64,000 nt of DNA, taken from positions 608,001-672,000 of the forward strand of contig CAVRQT010000002.1 in assembly GCA_963723515.1 (NCBI GenBank). The letters run 5' to 3'. The DNA is from Vulcanimicrobiota bacterium (GTDB lineage Bacteria; Vulcanimicrobiota; Vulcanimicrobiia; Vulcanimicrobiales; Vulcanimicrobiaceae). Below are positions 52,552 through 61,775 of the stretch, piece after piece. The position numbers and the translations under genes are program-made. How positions within the stretch are numbered: position 1 is the stretch's first letter; each line of letters starts with the position of its first letter. Under the pieces are notes generated by a model. The model searched no databases. It worked only from the letters and a program-made list of their open reading frames with translations, and was not told the DNA's origin.

Positions 52552-54384
52552 ATGAGGGTGAAACGCCCGCTTTGCATTGCGTCGGCGGCCGTGCTTTTGA
52601 CCGCCCTGCCGGCGTTTGTCAACTCCGCTCCGCTGAGCGGTGTCGCACCCACAGATTGGGCTGCCCATTCGGTCGCCTCGCTGGCGTCTCGCGGCATCAT
52701 CCGCGGCTACCCGGACGGGCTTTTTCACGGCGACCGTTTGGCGACGCGCAACGAGATGGCGGCGGTCGTCTCTCGCGTGCTGGCGCAAGCTGAAGCTGAG
52801 GCCGCGCCAAAATCGGACCTCGATCGAACCGGGCAGTTGATCGATGCGCTTAAAGATGAGGTCGATGCGCTCAGCATGCGCGTTTCGCGTCTCGAAGAGC
52901 GCCTCCGTATGCCCCAGGAGCAAAGCTTTGGGCAGCAGCCAGCAATACGCCGCGCCCGCAGAGCGGAATCTGCGTCTGCTTCGAGAACTGCGGCGCGGCT
53001 TTCGAAGCCGATCACTCGAAACGAGGTTGCCGTCTTAGCTGACGGGGCGCTGCGCGAGCTGGGCGCGCGAGATGCGTCGAAGAACGACCTCGAAAACGCA
53101 CATCGTCGAATCGGCGCGGTGAGCGATCGGCTCGATCTCTTGAGCGCTCGAATTGCGCGCTTTGATCCGTTGCCCAGTGAGGAACATCTGGAGCCGATGG
53201 TGCGCATCCGGCGCGGCGGCCCACTCGTTGAAGTCTTCGATGAGTCGGCGCTGCGATGGGCCCGGCTTGAACAGACTGTTCAAGGATCGGTTGCCGGCAT
53301 CGCGTTTCATCCGGTTGAGGAAATTGCGACGCCGGCGCGCTTTAGCCTCATCGGGCAAGCGATCTTCGGCGTCAAGTCGATCGCGACGCTGCCGCCGGAG
53401 CTCGCGGTTCAAACGATTGCCAACCCGCAGGTCGCGCTTTCGCTCAATCGGTATTTGCCGAAATCGTTTCCCGTAATCGCGTTCAGCGCGCCGTTGGGAA
53501 CGCCGCTTGAGCTGCCCAATGTGACGAAGCCGGCGTCCTTTGGCAGCGCCTTGCTGTCTTCTGGTGTCCCGCGGTTAAACGCGCCGAACGGTTCGGCCGA
53601 TGCGCAGATCAGCGTCCCCGCGGCAACGATTGCTTTGCCGGCACTAGGTCGATCGACGCCGTTCTCCGTTCCAACGATTGGCTCGCAAGCGTATGGTTCC
53701 AATGGACAGCCGGTGGCGCCGCTCAACGTTCCGCAGCTTCGCGTGAATTTCACAATTCCGGCCCGTCTCGGCGATATCGCGACGCGAAATAATTTCGGCC
53801 TAGCGCATCTGCAAGGGCTCGATCGCAACGGATCAACGCAGTCGTGCTCGATCTTGCCTGCGCTTTGCGCCGCCGCATTCGGAAGCGGCTCCTTCGCGAC
53901 GCAACTGACGGCCTCAAGCGGATTTGACGTCCGTGCGTTGGGCCGCAACGTCTCGCTGAACTTTGGCGGGTCGTACGAGCAACTGCACCGACCGGCCGGT
54001 ACGGCTTTGCCATACGTTCCATACGATCCAGCCACCGACAATCGCGACTCGACGCTGATGAACTTCACGCCCATGACGTTCGATCCGAATTACGTTGACG
54101 TCTTGAAGCGTACGCTTAACGCCGCTGCGGCGGTGCCGCTCGCGCACGATCTAACGCTGAACCTGCAATATGATAAGGAGTATTACACGACTTCGTATCA
54201 GTCTTTTGGCCAGAACATCGATGAGCGGCGCGATTCGTATCTCGGAAATTTGACGTATACGTTTCCGAATACGTCGAGCACGATCGTCGTTTCCGCGAAA
54301 CAATACCGCTATCGCGATGCCTTTCTGCCGACCTATAATCAGACGCAAGACCGAGCGGATTTAAACTTCACGATCAAGTTCTGA
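52552..54384 (+). CDS. SLH-domain outer-membrane tether protein (OmpM-like)
   Basis: Signal peptide, DWA...GIIRGYPDG...TRNEMA SLH domain, coiled coil, amphipathic beta strands ending LNFTIKF. Confidence 0.75.
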   Translation: MRVKRPLCIASAAVLLTALPAFVNSAPLSGVAPTDWAAHSVASLASRGIIRGYPDGLFHGDRLATRNEMAAVVSRVLAQAEAEAAPKSDLDRTGQLIDALKDEVDALSMRVSRLEERLRMPQEQSFGQQPAIRRARRAESASASRTAARLSKPITRNEVAVLADGALRELGARDASKNDLENAHRRIGAVSDRLDLLSARIARFDPLPSEEHLEPMVRIRRGGPLVEVFDESALRWARLEQTVQGSVAGIAFHPVEEIATPARFSLIGQAIFGVKSIATLPPELAVQTIANPQVALSLNRYLPKSFPVIAFSAPLGTPLELPNVTKPASFGSALLSSGVPRLNAPNGSADAQISVPAATIALPALGRSTPFSVPTIGSQAYGSNGQPVAPLNVPQLRVNFTIPARLGDIATRNNFGLAHLQGLDRNGSTQSCSILPALCAAAFGSGSFATQLTASSGFDVRALGRNVSLNFGGSYEQLHRPAGTALPYVPYDPATDNRDSTLMNFTPMTFDPNYVDVLKRTLNAAAAVPLAHDLTLNLQYDKEYYTTSYQSFGQNIDERRDSYLGNLTYTFPNTSSTIVVSAKQYRYRDAFLPTYNQTQDRADLNFTIKF

Positions 54385-55230
54385 TTGCGCACGCGTAGTT
54401 TGCTCGTCGCCGCAGCGCTCGTTTTGAGCGCTTTTGCGATCTTGCAATGCGCATCGGGCGCAATTTTCTCGCAAGCCGCCGCCCCGTTTTCGCTGCCCGC
54501 GCATCTCAGCTCGCAGTTCGGCGTCAGCGTCTATAGTGCGTTGGAACATTTCTGGGCGCCGGCATACGTCGAATCGATGCTGGCGCGCGCAGCACTCGCT
54601 CACGGCGATATCGCGGCAGCGCGCAACCACGTTGCAAAGATGCCCCCATCGAAAACACGCAGCGCGCTCGAAGGTCGAGTCGCCCTGGCGAGCGGTCAGC
54701 ATGCAGCCGCAGTCGCAGATTTCATTGCGGCGCTGGATATCGATCAGTTGCAAGCTGAGGTCGAGCGGTTGCAAAGCCGCGGCGACTTGATGCGCGCGTA
54801 CGAGCTGGAGAACCTAACACGCATGCGTCTCGCACAGGCCGGTACGCATCCCGACGCCGTAGCGGAGAGCTACTACCTGTCGGGCACCATTGCGCGCGCG
54901 CTCGCAAATCGCGCGCGACCGGCTGACGCACGGTGGTTGCGGGTTGCGTTGGCTGATTACCGTCAGGCGTACTCGCTTGCGCCGTGGTCCGGCAAATACT
55001 GGCTCGAGGCCGGCACGGGAGCGCTCGTGATCGGTCAATACGGCGACGCTCAGCGTTACTACCAGCATGCCGTCGAAGTCGATCCCCAGATGGCGGACGC
55101 GTACGCCGGCCTCGGCGTGATCGCTCTGCACGAGGGCAATCGCCAAAGCGCGCTTTACTATGCAGCGCGAAGCCGGTCGATCAATCCGGAGTCGACGATG
55201 TTGCGGCGTCTCGACCGCAGTTTGTACTGA
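54385..55230 (+). CDS. exported TPR-repeat protein
   Basis: Hydrophobic N-terminus; GQYGDAQRYYQHAVEVDPQMADAYAGLG TPR. Confidence 0.75.
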   Translation: MRTRSLLVAAALVLSAFAILQCASGAIFSQAAAPFSLPAHLSSQFGVSVYSALEHFWAPAYVESMLARAALAHGDIAAARNHVAKMPPSKTRSALEGRVALASGQHAAAVADFIAALDIDQLQAEVERLQSRGDLMRAYELENLTRMRLAQAGTHPDAVAESYYLSGTIARALANRARPADARWLRVALADYRQAYSLAPWSGKYWLEAGTGALVIGQYGDAQRYYQHAVEVDPQMADAYAGLGVIALHEGNRQSALYYAARSRSINPESTMLRRLDRSLY

Positions 55231-55258
55231 GCGTGGTCGAAGTAGCGTGGTCGAAGTA
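55225..55258. repeat. CTGAGCG-nn-GTCGAAG motif with a 14-nt tandem duplication
   Basis: TACTGAGCGTGGTCGAAGTA followed by a second AGCGTGGTCGAAGT. Confidence 0.7.
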
Positions 55259-55274
55259 TGAACGCGCTCGGCAT

Positions 55275-56306
55275 ATGAAGGTCGCGATTGACGCGCAGCT
55301 CACGGTCGGCAGCGCAACCGGAATCGGGGAGTATGTAGCCGGACTGATCGGCGCGCTGCAACTGAGAGGGTTCGACGTCGCAATGTTGCGTGAACCGCGC
55401 CTTGACCCTTGGCGCTTCGACCGGCGACTGCTTTGGGATCAATTTCTGTTGCCGCGGGCGGCATCGCGTTCGGATGCCGACCTGCTGCATTGCGCCTCCG
55501 GCACGATGCCGCTCATGCATGGTTTGCCGTCGGTCGTCACGGTCCACGACGTCGCATGGCTTCGCGCACAAGGCCATGCGCGGCCGTATGCGCGTTATTA
55601 CTTCGGAAAGTTTTCGGCTGCGCGGTACACGCACGCCACGCGCGTCATCGTCGACAGCAGCTTCTCACGCGCAGAGTTGCTTGCATGCACGGCGGTGGAT
55701 CCGGCCTCGGTGGACGTCGTGCATCCCGGCGTGGCGAGCGATTACTTTTCGATCGTGCGCGCGAGAACAAATTATCCGTTCGTGCTGGCAGTCGGCACGG
55801 TCGAGCGGCGTAAGAACCTCGAGGTGCTCATTCGCGCGCTTGCAGGTCTGGAGCGTAACGTTCGGCTTGTCGTCGTAGGCCCGGGAACGCAATATGAAGT
55901 GGAGTGCCGGCAGCTCGCTTCGCAGATCGACGTCGCGGATCGCATCGATTGGCGCGGCTACATTGCGCGCTCTCAGTTGCTCGATCTCTTTGCGGGGGCG
56001 GCCGTCGTGGCAGTCCCGTCGCTTTACGAGGGCTTCGGGTACGCGGCTGCCCAAGCGCTCTGCGCAGGCACTCCCGTGATCGTTTCCGATGCACCGTCGC
56101 TGGTTGAAGTGGTCGACGGACGCGCGCCCGTCTTGGCTGCCGATGATGCAACTGCATGGACCGAGCAGCTGCGCGCAATCATTTCCGACGGCGATACCGC
56201 AGAAGAGCACGCGCGATCCATTCGAGATGATGCGATGACGCGCTTCAACTGGCGCGTCGCTGCCACGCAAACGTGTGAGGTTTACGAAAAAGCGCTCGCC
56301 GCCTAA
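55275..56306 (+). CDS. glycosyltransferase family 4 (GT-B fold)
   Basis: VVTVHD, VGTVERRKN, PSLYEGFG. Confidence 0.9.
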   Translation: MKVAIDAQLTVGSATGIGEYVAGLIGALQLRGFDVAMLREPRLDPWRFDRRLLWDQFLLPRAASRSDADLLHCASGTMPLMHGLPSVVTVHDVAWLRAQGHARPYARYYFGKFSAARYTHATRVIVDSSFSRAELLACTAVDPASVDVVHPGVASDYFSIVRARTNYPFVLAVGTVERRKNLEVLIRALAGLERNVRLVVVGPGTQYEVECRQLASQIDVADRIDWRGYIARSQLLDLFAGAAVVAVPSLYEGFGYAAAQALCAGTPVIVSDAPSLVEVVDGRAPVLAADDATAWTEQLRAIISDGDTAEEHARSIRDDAMTRFNWRVAATQTCEVYEKALAA

Positions 56307-56318
56307 GCACTTTGCGGT

Positions 56319-57965
56319 TTAGTAAATGGGGGAACCGGGCGCGCCCGGAGCGACGCTGCCGTCGTCAGGCGCAAAGACCAATCGCAACGGATAACTCGAC
56401 CCCGCTTCCGGCATCGTATCGATCGAAACGCGAATGTAACCCTTGGCGGGAACGGTATACTGTCGCACTTTGTAGCGCGAGAACGCCGGAACACCATGCG
56501 ATTGCACGAGCACGCCGTCGATCAAGAACGTGCCCGTCGCACGGCCGCCACGCGGATTTTCGTAGATCGCGATTTGTTGCGGGCTGCGCGTCGGGTTGAC
56601 GATTTTAACTTGAAATGACTGTTGCACGCCGTAGTCGCCCGATAACGCTTCACCATGCAGCATGTTAGGCAAGGGCAGCTGACCAACGGGCAACTCCAAA
56701 TACGGGTCGGTCGTACTCCAGAGCGTCTCACGTGAGAATCGGGGCACCCGATAGATGCCGCGAGCGTGATGCACGCTGCTGATCAAGAGATCTTCGCTCG
56801 CAAGCGAAGCGTCCGGCGAATCGTTCCCATTCTGCGCGAAGAGCGTCAAGTGGACGGTCGAGCCGTTCAGCACGCGCAGCTGCAGAATGTTGCTGACGAC
56901 TGAGTGCGCCGGCATCGACTGCTCGATCAAGTTGACCGTCGAGTTCGCCGGTATGCTCACCAGCGCGCCTTCATTTTGAGCGACATGCGAGAGAAACCGC
57001 TGCGTGGCGATATGGCCGACCTCCATCTCATTGGTTCCGGGGCCGGCGCTGCCGCTGATGAACTGCACGACGGACGGCGCGCCCGACGTATTTTGCGCGC
57101 GAAGCACGATGCGCCGGTCGACCTGTCCGGGCGGATTGTAGTGGAAATAGAGAAAGCGCGAGGGAACGTCGCGCTGCAGATCGGCGGTGAAGAGCACGCC
57201 ATTCTCCAGCAGCGTCTCCGGGTAGTCGCTGACCATCAACGAATCCGGCAAAATCGGGGGCGCAGCATCGTTGTAGACGCGCACGTGCGTCCTGCCGGTA
57301 ACGCTGATCATGCCTTCGCCTTGCAAGATCACGGGCACGTCAACGTTCGTCACATTGTCCTGCGGCAAGGAGCCGTTCACGACGAGATCGTCGGGCGGCG
57401 CGATCACGGTTACGCCGGCTCTCGGTCTTGCAACTCTAGCCGCTGCCGCCGCTGCAATATCCCGGACGAAGCCAACGCTCGCCGGATTGCCGGTGATATG
57501 CACCGACGTTCCGTCGGCGATGTCGCCAGCCGTGTACGCAATGCGCACCGGAATGTCGCGCGTTACGCCACGGCCATCCTTAACTGTGACGGTCGTCGTC
57601 CCGATCGCCTTTCCGTTGACTGTGATGATGCGCGACCCTTGGTCGATGCTCGCCGCCAGCAGATTCGGATCGGCAACCGTCACGGTCGCTTCGCCGAAGA
57701 CGCCGTAGGCGTGCACTTGCGTAGTGCCGCCGACCGCCACCCCGGCTGACGGCGGGTCGGCGGTGATCGGCACGGGCGTTGCGGTTGTCGTCGGCGTCGC
57801 GGTTGGCGCGACTGTGGCGGCGGGTGACGGATTGGGCGCCGGTGCCGGCGCGGGCTCCTGCGCAAATGCGGACGCGCCGCCGATGAAAAGCCCAATTGCG
57901 AAAAGCCCGCCGAGTAAACTCGCGCGATTTCCGTTTGCATGACGCCTGATACTTTGCGGGTTCAC
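56319..57965 (-). CDS. secreted protein with a Pro/Thr linker, an Ig/pilus-N-like domain and an unknown C-terminal domain
   Basis: Signal peptide ending AFA-Q, PAPAPNPSPAATVAPT linker, VNGKAIGTTTVTV. Confidence 0.6.
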   Translation of the reverse strand: MNPQSIRRHANGNRASLLGGLFAIGLFIGGASAFAQEPAPAPAPNPSPAATVAPTATPTTTATPVPITADPPSAGVAVGGTTQVHAYGVFGEATVTVADPNLLAASIDQGSRIITVNGKAIGTTTVTVKDGRGVTRDIPVRIAYTAGDIADGTSVHITGNPASVGFVRDIAAAAAARVARPRAGVTVIAPPDDLVVNGSLPQDNVTNVDVPVILQGEGMISVTGRTHVRVYNDAAPPILPDSLMVSDYPETLLENGVLFTADLQRDVPSRFLYFHYNPPGQVDRRIVLRAQNTSGAPSVVQFISGSAGPGTNEMEVGHIATQRFLSHVAQNEGALVSIPANSTVNLIEQSMPAHSVVSNILQLRVLNGSTVHLTLFAQNGNDSPDASLASEDLLISSVHHARGIYRVPRFSRETLWSTTDPYLELPVGQLPLPNMLHGEALSGDYGVQQSFQVKIVNPTRSPQQIAIYENPRGGRATGTFLIDGVLVQSHGVPAFSRYKVRQYTVPAKGYIRVSIDTMPEAGSSYPLRLVFAPDDGSVAPGAPGSPIY

Positions 57966-57975
57966 CGCAATCGAA

Positions 57976-59598
57976 TCAGGCGATCTTCGCTTCCGGACGA
58001 ACGGCCGAAGCGAGCAACGTCTTATAGCCGACGCTTGGAAAGAGCACCGTGACCAGATCCTTTTCCGCTCGCTCCACGGTCCCTTGCCCCCACTTCGGAT
58101 GGTAGACGGTGTCCGCGATCCGGTAGCTCGAATCGCTCACTACGCTCAGCCCGTGCAGGCAGTTGTCGCACGCTCCACAGTTGCGCGACTCAAAATCCTC
58201 GCCGAAATAATTCAAGATGAACCGCCGCCGGCACGAGGTCGTCTCTGCGTACTGCAGCATCATCGCGAGCTTGCTCTGATCGTACGATTTCTTCGTTTCG
58301 TAATTCGTGAGATTTAGGACGAGGTCGCGGTTCTTCAGCGCCGCCTCGGTCAACGCGTATTTCGAGCGCGCGCGCGTTTCGATGAAGCCCGACTTCTTGA
58401 GGAGCGCCAAGATCACTTTGAGCTTCGTAAGCGGCAACTGCGAGATCTTTCGCAGATCGGTCAGTGAGACACCGTCGCTTTGGCCGGCGAAGTATTCGAG
58501 CGTTCCGAAGATCTTCTGAACCTCTTCAACGTCCGGATATTTGCCGGTCAAGAAGTAATTTTGAACGCGTGTGTCGCTCATCCGGTAAACGAGTACGCAA
58601 CGCGAGGGCAATCCATCGCGTCCTGCACGGCCGGCTTCTTGAGTATACGCTTCGATAGAGCCCGGCAGATCGTAATGGACGACGAAGCGGATGTTCGGCT
58701 TGTCGATCCCAAGACCAAATGCGTTGGTCGCCACAACTGCGCGGATCTTCTCGTCCATGAAGAGCTCGTGAACGTTGATCCGTTCGTGTTTCTGAAGCTT
58801 AGAGTGATACACCGCAGCCGGCACGCCGAGTGATTCTTCGAGATACCGCTGTACGTCGAGCGCATTCTTAATCGTGGCCGTGTAAATGATGCCGGTGCCC
58901 TCGAGCGCATGTTCAAAGAGCGCCTTGAGCAGCTTCAGTTTGTGCGCCTCACTTTCAGCGCGCCGTACCTCGTAGCGAAGATTTGGTCGGTCGAATCCTT
59001 TGACGACCGGCTTGACCTGTGGAATGCCGAGCTGATGCAAGATGTCTTCGCGAACCGCGGGCGTCGCCGTCGCCGTTAATGCGAGGACGGTGGGATGCCC
59101 AAGGCGTTCGATGATCGCGCCGAGCGCCAGATATGCCGGCCGAAAATCGTGCCCCCAGTGGCTGATGCAGTGCGCTTCGTCGACGACGAAAAGCGGGACG
59201 CGCAGCGAGCGCAGAAGTGCGACGAAGCCCTCATCCTCAAGCTTCTCGGGCGTGACGAAGGCGATCTTGATTTTGCCGCTGCCCAGGCGTTCCAGGGAAG
59301 CCGCTTCCTGGTCTTCCGAGAGCGTCGAATTGAATGCGACGACCTCTTTGATTCCAAGCTCGCGCAGCATGTCGCATTGATCTTTCATCAGTGCAATCAA
59401 AGGACTGACGACAACGGTCGTCCCATCCAGCAGCAATGCCGGGAGCTGGTACGTTAAACTCTTGCCGGCCCCGGTCGCTAAGATCGCAAGGCAGTCCTGC
59501 CCCGCAACGACCCGGCGCACGACCTCTTCTTGGCCCGGTTGAAAAGAGTCAAAACCGAACTTGTCGTGAAGAGCAGCTCGAAAATCCAATGAAACCAT
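57976..59598 (-). CDS. recQ: RecQ family helicase
   Basis: ATGAGKSLTYQLP, DEAHCISHWGHDFRP, ALTATA, QEAGRAGRDG, CRR...YFGE...CGACDNC. Confidence 0.93.
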   Translation of the reverse strand: MVSLDFRAALHDKFGFDSFQPGQEEVVRRVVAGQDCLAILATGAGKSLTYQLPALLLDGTTVVVSPLIALMKDQCDMLRELGIKEVVAFNSTLSEDQEAASLERLGSGKIKIAFVTPEKLEDEGFVALLRSLRVPLFVVDEAHCISHWGHDFRPAYLALGAIIERLGHPTVLALTATATPAVREDILHQLGIPQVKPVVKGFDRPNLRYEVRRAESEAHKLKLLKALFEHALEGTGIIYTATIKNALDVQRYLEESLGVPAAVYHSKLQKHERINVHELFMDEKIRAVVATNAFGLGIDKPNIRFVVHYDLPGSIEAYTQEAGRAGRDGLPSRCVLVYRMSDTRVQNYFLTGKYPDVEEVQKIFGTLEYFAGQSDGVSLTDLRKISQLPLTKLKVILALLKKSGFIETRARSKYALTEAALKNRDLVLNLTNYETKKSYDQSKLAMMLQYAETTSCRRRFILNYFGEDFESRNCGACDNCLHGLSVVSDSSYRIADTVYHPKWGQGTVERAEKDLVTVLFPSVGYKTLLASAVRPEAKIA

Positions 59599-59639
59599 CC
59601 CGCTTACTCATAAGCGCTATTGCTGAGGCGTTTCTTCGT

Positions 59640-59648
59640 TGTGGATAA
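59640..59648. promoter_or_regulatory. perfect DnaA box in the recQ leader
   Basis: TGTGGATAA (TTATCCACA on the minus strand), downstream of a minus-strand TATAAT at 59669-59674. Confidence 0.55.
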
Positions 59649-59908
59649 CGAAACGCAACTCCAGCACGATTATACCCGCGCCCTATTCCAATAAACGTCC
59701 GAAGAAAGCTGCCGGTTGCACCCCAAAGAAAGGCCCGGCGAATATTCTAAGCAACTTTCAGGGTTGTAGTGCACCGCCTCAGCCATAGCTTTATAGTCAT
59801 GCCGCCGCTTCGTCGCCGCTGCGTCGTGCCCCTCCTAAGCGAGCCCCCGGACCGCCACCAAAACGGCAATTTGGTGCAAACCTATGACTGAGTCGGTATA
59901 CTGAAACG

Positions 59909-61462
59909 ATGTCGCTTTATCGCACCTGGCGTCCCAAGACATTTGGGGAGCTCGTCGGCCAAGACGCCGTCGTTCGCACCCTCACCAGCGCGCTTGAAAC
60001 GGGCCGGCTCTCACACGCCTACCTCTTTTCCGGACCGCGCGGCTCCGGTAAGACTTCGGCTGCGAAAATCCTCGCGCGCTGCTTTAATTGCGTCCACGGA
60101 TCCACGCCGACGCCGGACAACACGTGCGAGAATTGCCTTGCGATCCTCAACGGCAGAGCGATGGACGTCGTCGAATTGGATGCCGCAAGCAATCGCGGCA
60201 TCGAGCAAATTCGCGATTTGCGTGAAGCCGTACAATTCGCGCCGGCGATGATGTCCAAGAAGATCTACATCATCGATGAAGCGCACATGCTGACCAAAGA
60301 AGGCGCGAACGCGTTCCTGAAGACGCTCGAGGAGCCGCCGGAGCATGCCGTCTTCATTCTTGCCACGACGGAGCCCGAAAAGCTTCCGCCGACGATTCTC
60401 TCGCGTTGTCAGCGCTATGCGTTTCGCCGCATTTCCGTGCCCGTGATGATCGAACGGATGCGTGAAATCGCAGCGGGAGAGAAGATTGAGATCGACGATG
60501 CGGCGCTTGGGGCGATCGCGTATCGGGCGGACGGCGGCTTACGCGATGCCTTAACGATGCTTGAGCAAGCCGCTGCCTTTGCCGATGGGCGCGTCACCGC
60601 CGAGACGATCGACGTGGCCTTCGGCATCACGGGCCGCGCCTATGCGGGTCGAATTTTGGACCAAATGTTAGCGCGCGATGCAGGCGCCGCGCTCAAGGCC
60701 ATCGATGAGGCCAGCGAGGCTGGCGTCGATCTGCAGGTCCTGAATCGAACGTTGATCGGCGAAATGCGCAACCTGCTTGTCGCGCGGATCGATCCGGATC
60801 TGCTCGCGCAAGATCTGCCGGCGGATGATGCCGAAGCTGCGATACGCCGCGCCGCTCAGACGACCCAGGTGCAGGTCATTCGCGCATTACGCCTGATGAC
60901 CGAAGCGCTCGCGACGTCGCGCGCTTCCGGTCATCCGCGGCTCGAACTCGAGAGCGCGCTGCTGCGCTTCATCCTGATTGCTGAGGATCCAACGCTCGAC
61001 GCTTTGTCCGCACGCGTCAGCGCGCTCGAACAAAGGCGAACTCAACCGCCGCCTGCGCATGCGGCTTCCGAACCACCAAGAAGCGCTCCGGTCGCCGTTG
61101 TGAAGAAACAGAATGCCTCGGCGACATTGCAAAAAGTCAAGGCGAGCTGGACCGCCGTTCGTACGCGAATCGAAACCGAACGCCAATCGCTGGCCATCCC
61201 GCTCTCGCATGCCGCGCTGGAGTCCGTCGAGGATAATGTCTTGACGATCCGCTTGAGCAAAGATTACGAGGCGGAGATCCTGCGCGAACATCAAGCGCTG
61301 ATCGAAAGCGCACTCGATGATGTGCTCGGCGCCTCAACGCGCGTCAATATTGTCGGACAGCGCAAGGCCCGCGGTCCGGCTCCGGCGCCGGAAGATACTG
61401 CGGCGAGCGAACCTGAGGCGCCGGTCGATCTGCTGCAATACGCGAGCGAACGGATACGATAA
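59909..61462 (+). CDS. dnaX: DNA polymerase III subunit gamma/tau
   Basis: LYRTWRP, GPRGSGKTS, ELDAASNRG, IIDEAHML, LKTLEEPP, SRCQ. Confidence 0.97.
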   Translation: MSLYRTWRPKTFGELVGQDAVVRTLTSALETGRLSHAYLFSGPRGSGKTSAAKILARCFNCVHGSTPTPDNTCENCLAILNGRAMDVVELDAASNRGIEQIRDLREAVQFAPAMMSKKIYIIDEAHMLTKEGANAFLKTLEEPPEHAVFILATTEPEKLPPTILSRCQRYAFRRISVPVMIERMREIAAGEKIEIDDAALGAIAYRADGGLRDALTMLEQAAAFADGRVTAETIDVAFGITGRAYAGRILDQMLARDAGAALKAIDEASEAGVDLQVLNRTLIGEMRNLLVARIDPDLLAQDLPADDAEAAIRRAAQTTQVQVIRALRLMTEALATSRASGHPRLELESALLRFILIAEDPTLDALSARVSALEQRRTQPPPAHAASEPPRSAPVAVVKKQNASATLQKVKASWTAVRTRIETERQSLAIPLSHAALESVEDNVLTIRLSKDYEAEILREHQALIESALDDVLGASTRVNIVGQRKARGPAPAPEDTAASEPEAPVDLLQYASERIR

Positions 61463-61466
61463 GGCG

Positions 61467-61772
61467 ATGAATCAAGCGCGGTTGATGCAGCAGATGCGCA
61501 AAATGCAGCAAGAGATGAGCAAGGCGCAAGAAGAGCTTGCAAACACAGTCGTCACGGGTGCAGCGGCTGGTAACGCGGTCACAATCGAAATGACTGCCGA
61601 CTACCACGTTAAACGGGTGACCCTCTCAAAGGATGCCATCGATCCGGACGATGCTGAGACGCTCGAAGATCTGATCGTCGTGGCCTTCAATGATGCACTG
61701 CAGAAAGCGCGCGCCGCGTCGGAAAGCCGCATGGGCGCCTTAACGGGCGGTCTGGGCATCCCGGGCTTGTAA
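61467..61772 (+). CDS. ybaB: YbaB/EbfC nucleoid-associated protein
   Basis: DPDDAETLEDLIVVAFNDA; between dnaX and recR. Confidence 0.93.
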   Translation: MNQARLMQQMRKMQQEMSKAQEELANTVVTGAAAGNAVTIEMTADYHVKRVTLSKDAIDPDDAETLEDLIVVAFNDALQKARAASESRMGALTGGLGIPGL

Positions 61773-61775
61773 CCT

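Noticed and set aside
59599..59908. SRP RNA (often upstream of dnaX) or a retron msr-msd
   Set aside because: The SRP domain IV core (CAGG...GNAA...GCAG) was not found on either strand, and there is no reverse transcriptase nearby
61128..61140. Programmed -1 frameshift site in dnaX
   Set aside because: CAAAAAG is shorter than A AAA AAG and is in the wrong codon phase (CAA AAA GTC)
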